Source: a virus
Lineage: Duplodnaviria; Caudoviricetes
Strand: one strand, 5' to 3'
DNA: 29,735 nucleotides
Virus record (IMG/VR): IMGVR_UViG_3300033407_000093
Span: 1 to 29,735 of that record
The notes beneath the pieces were generated by a model, which worked only from the letters and a program-made list of their open reading frames with translations, did no database searches and was not told the DNA's origin. Made by a program: the position numbers and the translations under genes. Numbering within the stretch: position 1 is the first letter of the stretch; every line of letters starts with the position of its first letter. Below, in pieces: positions 25,583-29,735 of the stretch.

Positions 25583-26359
25583 ATGACAACAGCTCTTGAA
25601 ACGGCCATCGAAACCTTCAGCACTGACCTCGGTCTCGCGCATGACATCGTGCATGGCGATGATACGACGGTCGTCACCACGGACGGCGGCGACGTCAATT
25701 CGCTGGCCAAGACTATCGCGGAAGCCGAAGCGACGGCCGCCGCCATCATCGCGCCATCGACGGCTGCAGCCGTTGCCGCGCAGGCAGGCGCTGAAGCTGC
25801 CCAGACGGCTGCCGAGGCCGCCCAGACCGCCAGTGAAGCCGCCGAAGGCACAGCCGTCGCAGCTGCAGGCAGTGCAGGTGATGCGCAGACGGCAGCCGAA
25901 GCTGCCCAGACTGGCGCTGAAACCGCCCAAGGGCTTGCTGAAGGCGCACGCGATGATGCGGTGACGGCCCAGACGGCTTCCGAGGCTGCGCAAACAGCAT
26001 CTGAAACCGCCCGCGACCAGGCGCAGGAAATCGTCGGAGAGACCATCTCTGACCTTGGCGCTGGTACCGAAATTGACCTTGGCCTCGGTGCATCATGGTT
26101 CAAGAAGACATTCGCGGCGGGCGCGGTGGCGATGACCGTCACCAACTGGAAGGCGGCGGGCACGATCAGCTCCTTTGTGCTGGAGGCCAAGAACCTTGGG
26201 CTTGCCACGCCAACATGGCCTGCAAGCAGGCACTGGGCGGCCGATGTCGAGCCGGTGTTTTCCGATAGCGCGACCGATCTCATCTCGGTGATGAGCGGCG
26301 ATGGCGGCGTCACTGTCTATGCGGGCGTCGGGCTCTTCGGCCTCAATCCGGGGGCTTGA
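25583..26359 (+). CDS. Short tail fibre/appendage-like protein with Ala-rich heptad repeats
   Basis: N-terminal VTTDGGDVNSLAK, 12 heptads, beta-rich C-terminal domain. Confidence 0.6.
   Translation: MTTALETAIETFSTDLGLAHDIVHGDDTTVVTTDGGDVNSLAKTIAEAEATAAAIIAPSTAAAVAAQAGAEAAQTAAEAAQTASEAAEGTAVAAAGSAGDAQTAAEAAQTGAETAQGLAEGARDDAVTAQTASEAAQTASETARDQAQEIVGETISDLGAGTEIDLGLGASWFKKTFAAGAVAMTVTNWKAAGTISSFVLEAKNLGLATPTWPASRHWAADVEPVFSDSATDLISVMSGDGGVTVYAGVGLFGLNPGA
25778..26029 (+). repeat. Degenerate 21-bp (7-aa) tandem repeat x12, consensus AQTA(A/S)EA
   Basis: AQAGAEA AQTAAEA AQTASEA AEGTAVA AAGSAGD AQTAAEA AQTGAET AQGLAEG ARDDAVT AQTASEA AQTASET ARDQAQE. Confidence 0.8.
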
Positions 26360-26362
26360 TAG

Positions 26363-26911
26363 ATGACCGATGCCTGGAGCGATGCCATTCGCGAAGCCTA
26401 TGCCTCGGCACCGCCTGCCGTCACGATCTTCTACACGCTCGAATTCTGGCATTCGTCGTTCGACGTGCCAGCGCGCGTCGTGCGCGATCATGGTGTGCTG
26501 ATCACGGAAGACCCGGTCGTCTTCGGGCGTATGCTGACGATGGAAGGCAGTGCGCCGCGCAATGCGGGAGAGAGCGTGCTCTTTGTCGCCACCCAGTTCA
26601 CCGCGGAGGCTCCGGGCTCTGAAGAGAATGTCGCGCCCGAGATCACATTGTCGATCGACGGTGTGCCGGGCAACCTTGGCATTGCGCTTCGCAATTCGAC
26701 GACAGAGCCCGGCGAGATCGAGGTCATTTATCGCGAGTATTTTGCCGACGATCCAAGCGGCCCGCATTTCATTCAATCCGGCCTCACTCTCAAGCGCACC
26801 ACCGTCACCATGCTGCGTGTGTCGGGTAAGGCACAATTCTCAGACCCAACCTCCAAGAGCTTTCCGGGAACCACATACGACAGCGATGAATACCCTTCTC
26901 TCTCCCAATAA
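26363..26911 (+). CDS. DUF1833 minor tail protein
   Basis: AIREAYASAP..TLEFWH..F..P.RVVRD, ITLSIDGV, YREY..D.SGP. Confidence 0.8.
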   Translation: MTDAWSDAIREAYASAPPAVTIFYTLEFWHSSFDVPARVVRDHGVLITEDPVVFGRMLTMEGSAPRNAGESVLFVATQFTAEAPGSEENVAPEITLSIDGVPGNLGIALRNSTTEPGEIEVIYREYFADDPSGPHFIQSGLTLKRTTVTMLRVSGKAQFSDPTSKSFPGTTYDSDEYPSLSQ

Positions 26912-27383
26912 TGCAGTGGACCTCGTCCCGCCTCCCGGATTGCCGCCCATTGGCTGCGAGGGCGGCGAGCTCGTGCGTGCGCTCATGGCAGTTGGCATCA
27001 AGCATGAGCTCGGGTGCCGTGGCCCGGTGAAGTTCGACTGCTATGCGATGATGCAGCTAGTCCAATGGCACCTGTTCGGCCGCGTGGTCTCGTCGATTGA
27101 TCTTGGCGCAGATGCGAGCGGTCGTGCAGTGCTCAGCGCTCTTGCCCTCAATCGAACGCGCCGCGCATGGCGTCTCAATGCGGGTCGGCCGCGTCATGGC
27201 GACGCCGTCACGATGAGCCACATGCATGAGCCTTTCCATATTGGCACTTTCCTCGACATCGACCGGGGCGTGGTGGTGCATTGCGCGTCGTTCGCCGGGC
27301 TCGTCTGCGATGACACAGCGGCCCTCAGGGCTTCGGGCTGGGGCAAGATTTGCTTTTATTCCTATAGAGGAGCGGCCTCATGA
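26886..27383 (+). CDS. NlpC/P60-like tail assembly protein (gpK-like)
   Basis: GP..FDCY, GDAV.M, HIG..V.HC motifs; start uncertain (26886 or 26916). Confidence 0.75.
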   Translation: MNTLLSPNNAVDLVPPPGLPPIGCEGGELVRALMAVGIKHELGCRGPVKFDCYAMMQLVQWHLFGRVVSSIDLGADASGRAVLSALALNRTRRAWRLNAGRPRHGDAVTMSHMHEPFHIGTFLDIDRGVVVHCASFAGLVCDDTAALRASGWGKICFYSYRGAAS

Positions 27384-29735
27384 ACGGCATTCATGTCCAT
27401 GCGCCTGCCGCCTTCATGCCGCCAGAGCCTTTCGTCTGCGCGCCGGGCGAGACCATTGCGGAGATCGCCGATCGTCAACTTTATCGGCTGCCGCATTTTT
27501 GCATTCTCAATGAGGAATGGCTGCCGCGCGATGAATGGGAACGGCCACTTGACGAAGCCGATCGGCTCGCCTTTGTCACCCTGCCTGCCGGTGGACAGGG
27601 AGGTGGCAAGGACGTCCTGCGCTCGGTGCTACAGATCGCGATCGTCGTCGTCGCGGTTTACTTCGCCGGTCCGGCCGGACTGGGCCTCAGCGGCTACGGG
27701 TTGGCTGCTGCACGCGTCGGCGCTTTCGTTCTCAGCGGCTATCTGGTCAATGCCATCCTGCCGCCACAGCAGGCCGCAAACCCCAATGGGGCGCTGTCAA
27801 ACCTTGGCCAGGCATCGCCGACCTACAGTCTCAATGCGCAGGGCAATCAGGCGCGTCTCGATACGGTCGAGCCTGTGCAATATGGCTATCACAAGATGGT
27901 CCCCGACTTTGCCGCCCAGCCCTATACCGAATATCGCGACAATGACCTCTACCTCTATCAGCTCTTCAGCCTCGGGCTTGGCCGCAAGTCGGTCGATGAG
28001 ATCGGCATCGAGCAGACTGCGCTCTGGACAAATACAGACGGCCTGACAGGGGCTTTCAGCGACGTTGAAATCGAGATCGTCAATCCCGGCGGGCACGTCA
28101 CCCTCTTTCCCGCAAACGTCATCACCTCGCTGGAAGTCTCGGGTCAAATCCTGCTCGGCACCAATGAGGACGGCGCGGGCTGGATCGGTCCCTTTGCCGC
28201 CTGCCCGGCCGGAAAGGTGGTCAGCAAAATCGCGTGCGACCTTGTCTGGCAGCAGGGTGCATTCCATGTTTCGGACACTGGCTCGCTTGCGAGCGTCAAT
28301 ACCAGCCTCCGCATCGAGGCACGCGAGATCGACGACTATGATACGCCGCTCGGCGATTGGCTGTTGCTTTCGGGTGAGGTCTATACGTTTGCCAAGCGCG
28401 AGCAGCAGCGTGTAACGGTCCGCAGCGATGTCTCGACCGGCCGCTGGCAGGTTCGCGTCATGCGCACCAATGACGCGCTCACCGATGACCGTTCCTATGA
28501 TGAAGTTCAATGGGCGGGTCTCAGAGGCTATGTGCCCGGCGCGAATGCCTTCTCACGGGTGACGACGCTCGCTATCGTGATGCGCGCCACCAATCAGCTT
28601 TCCAATACGACGGCGCGGCGCTTCTATACCAAGCAAACAATGATGCTGCCGATCTATGACGCCGACACCCAGACATGGAGCGCCCCAACTGCGACGCGCT
28701 CGATCAGCGCGGCCGCCGCCGACATCATCCGCAACAGCGTCTACGGCTGGGGCCGCTCCGACGCCGAGATCGATCTCGATCGCCTTGCCTCCCTTGAGGC
28801 AACATGGATATCGCGCGGCGATACGTTCGATGGTGTTTTTGATCAGAAGAGCGACGTCTGGTCGGCCCTCAACGACGTCCTCCATGTCGGCCGCGCCTAT
28901 GCGGTGCGGGTCGGCAGCGCGATCTCCTTTGTCCGCGACGAGAAGCGCACGGTCTCACGGTTGATGATGACACCGCGCAATATCAAGCGCGGCAGCTTCT
29001 CGACCGACTTCGTCCATTTCGACACGGATACGCCCGACGACGTGATTGTTCGCTATTTCGATGAGCGCGTCTGGAACTGGCGCACGGTGCGCGCGACGCT
29101 GCCGGGTTCGGCATCGGAAAAGCCTGCCACCGTCACCTTCTTTGGGTGCACCGATCGGACGCGCGCGTGGCAATACGGGATGTATCTGGCAGCCCAGAAT
29201 AAATATCGTCGTATATTCCCGCGTGGCACCGTCGAGCTCGAAGGCCGCTTCGTCAAACGCGGCGACCTTGTGCCGGTGTCTCATCCCCTGCTCGAATGGG
29301 GGGCGTCCGCCGACGTGGTCGACTTCGATGAGGCCACCCGCACCTTGACCGTGAGCACGCCCGTGACGCTCAAAGAGGGTGCCGACAGCTATCTGGCGCT
29401 GAAGAAGCCGGACGGCAGCGCATGGGGCCCTGTGCTCGTCACAGCCGGTGCCACGGCCTATCAACTCATTGCCGATGTAACTGACCTGACCGCCGCGATC
29501 ATCGCCTATGGCGACTGGGCGGATTTCATTGTGACGCTTGACGGCGCGATGGAGCCCAGCGTCGCGGTCTGGGGTGCGGCCGGGTCATTCGTCCAGGACT
29601 GCCTGCTTGTTGGCGCGCGCTCGGCCGGACAGGACTATATGACCCTCGACCTCGTTGCCGATGACGATCGGGTCTACACGGCTGACGGGGGCGAACCTCC
29701 CACGGAGTCCGAGGTGACAGTGCTGCCGGTGACGA
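27380..29735 (+). CDS. Tail tip/host-specificity protein J-like, 3' truncated (absent from the ORF track)
   Basis: ATG 27380 after GAGGAG; MNGIHV..LPAGG..DVLRSVLQIA..SPTYSLNAQGNQARL..PVQYG..PDFAAQPY..RGDTFDGVFD..FVRDE; reads open to the window end. Confidence 0.88.
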   Translation, partial: MNGIHVHAPAAFMPPEPFVCAPGETIAEIADRQLYRLPHFCILNEEWLPRDEWERPLDEADRLAFVTLPAGGQGGGKDVLRSVLQIAIVVVAVYFAGPAGLGLSGYGLAAARVGAFVLSGYLVNAILPPQQAANPNGALSNLGQASPTYSLNAQGNQARLDTVEPVQYGYHKMVPDFAAQPYTEYRDNDLYLYQLFSLGLGRKSVDEIGIEQTALWTNTDGLTGAFSDVEIEIVNPGGHVTLFPANVITSLEVSGQILLGTNEDGAGWIGPFAACPAGKVVSKIACDLVWQQGAFHVSDTGSLASVNTSLRIEAREIDDYDTPLGDWLLLSGEVYTFAKREQQRVTVRSDVSTGRWQVRVMRTNDALTDDRSYDEVQWAGLRGYVPGANAFSRVTTLAIVMRATNQLSNTTARRFYTKQTMMLPIYDADTQTWSAPTATRSISAAAADIIRNSVYGWGRSDAEIDLDRLASLEATWISRGDTFDGVFDQKSDVWSALNDVLHVGRAYAVRVGSAISFVRDEKRTVSRLMMTPRNIKRGSFSTDFVHFDTDTPDDVIVRYFDERVWNWRTVRATLPGSASEKPATVTFFGCTDRTRAWQYGMYLAAQNKYRRIFPRGTVELEGRFVKRGDLVPVSHPLLEWGASADVVDFDEATRTLTVSTPVTLKEGADSYLALKKPDGSAWGPVLVTAGATAYQLIADVTDLTAAIIAYGDWADFIVTLDGAMEPSVAVWGAAGSFVQDCLLVGARSAGQDYMTLDLVADDDRVYTADGGEPPTESEVTVLPVT

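Larger units (their letters stand above)
1..29735 (+). mobile_element. Mu-like transposable prophage/phage with siphovirus-type tail (internal segment, both ends outside the window)
   Basis: MuB-like ATPase, GemA, Mor-family activator and gp25-gp26-terS-terL-portal-F-I-T-gp36 synteny, followed by a tail tube, chaperones, TMP and tail-tip genes with no sheath gene. Confidence 0.96.

Noticed and set aside
26550-26885. Extended start of the NlpC/P60 gene
   Set aside because: Lies inside the DUF1833 gene in another frame, with non-protein-like composition
27393-29464. Several ORF-track calls in the last 2.3 kb
   Set aside because: Off-frame or antisense to the single J-like gene starting at 27380, which the track omitted because it has no stop within the window

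Overview
The whole window is an internal, end-truncated slice of a Mu-like transposable (pro)phage with a long non-contractile, lambda-like tail. All credible genes are on the + strand, and many are linked by ATGA overlaps. The GapR and BTLCP homologs point to an alphaproteobacterial host. Gene order: (1) 3' end of a MuB-like AAA ATPase and an early/accessory cluster (HTH proteins, DUF3164, GapR, BTLCP cysteine peptidase lipoprotein, LexA-HTH protein, GemA/gp16, Cys-rich ORFs); (2) Mor/C-type late activator; (3) lysis cassette (holin-like, SLT endolysin, small TM peptide, Rz with embedded Rz1); (4) gp25/gp26, terminase, portal, MuF with a C-terminal nuclease-like extension, protease/scaffold, cement and capsid; (5) head-tail joining genes, tail tube, frameshifting chaperone pair, tape measure and tail-tip genes, the last running off the window and absent from the ORF track. 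Highlights: an insert in the late operon made of a ~210-nt highly structured RNA, a small membrane protein and a canonical acyl carrier protein coupled to the head-tail adaptor; a 20-bp palindrome repeated before the lysis and protease operons; a phased A/T-tract spacer at the position of the Mu strong gyrase site, in a phage that also carries GapR and GemA. All family assignments come from motif recognition and synteny by eye; no searches were run.
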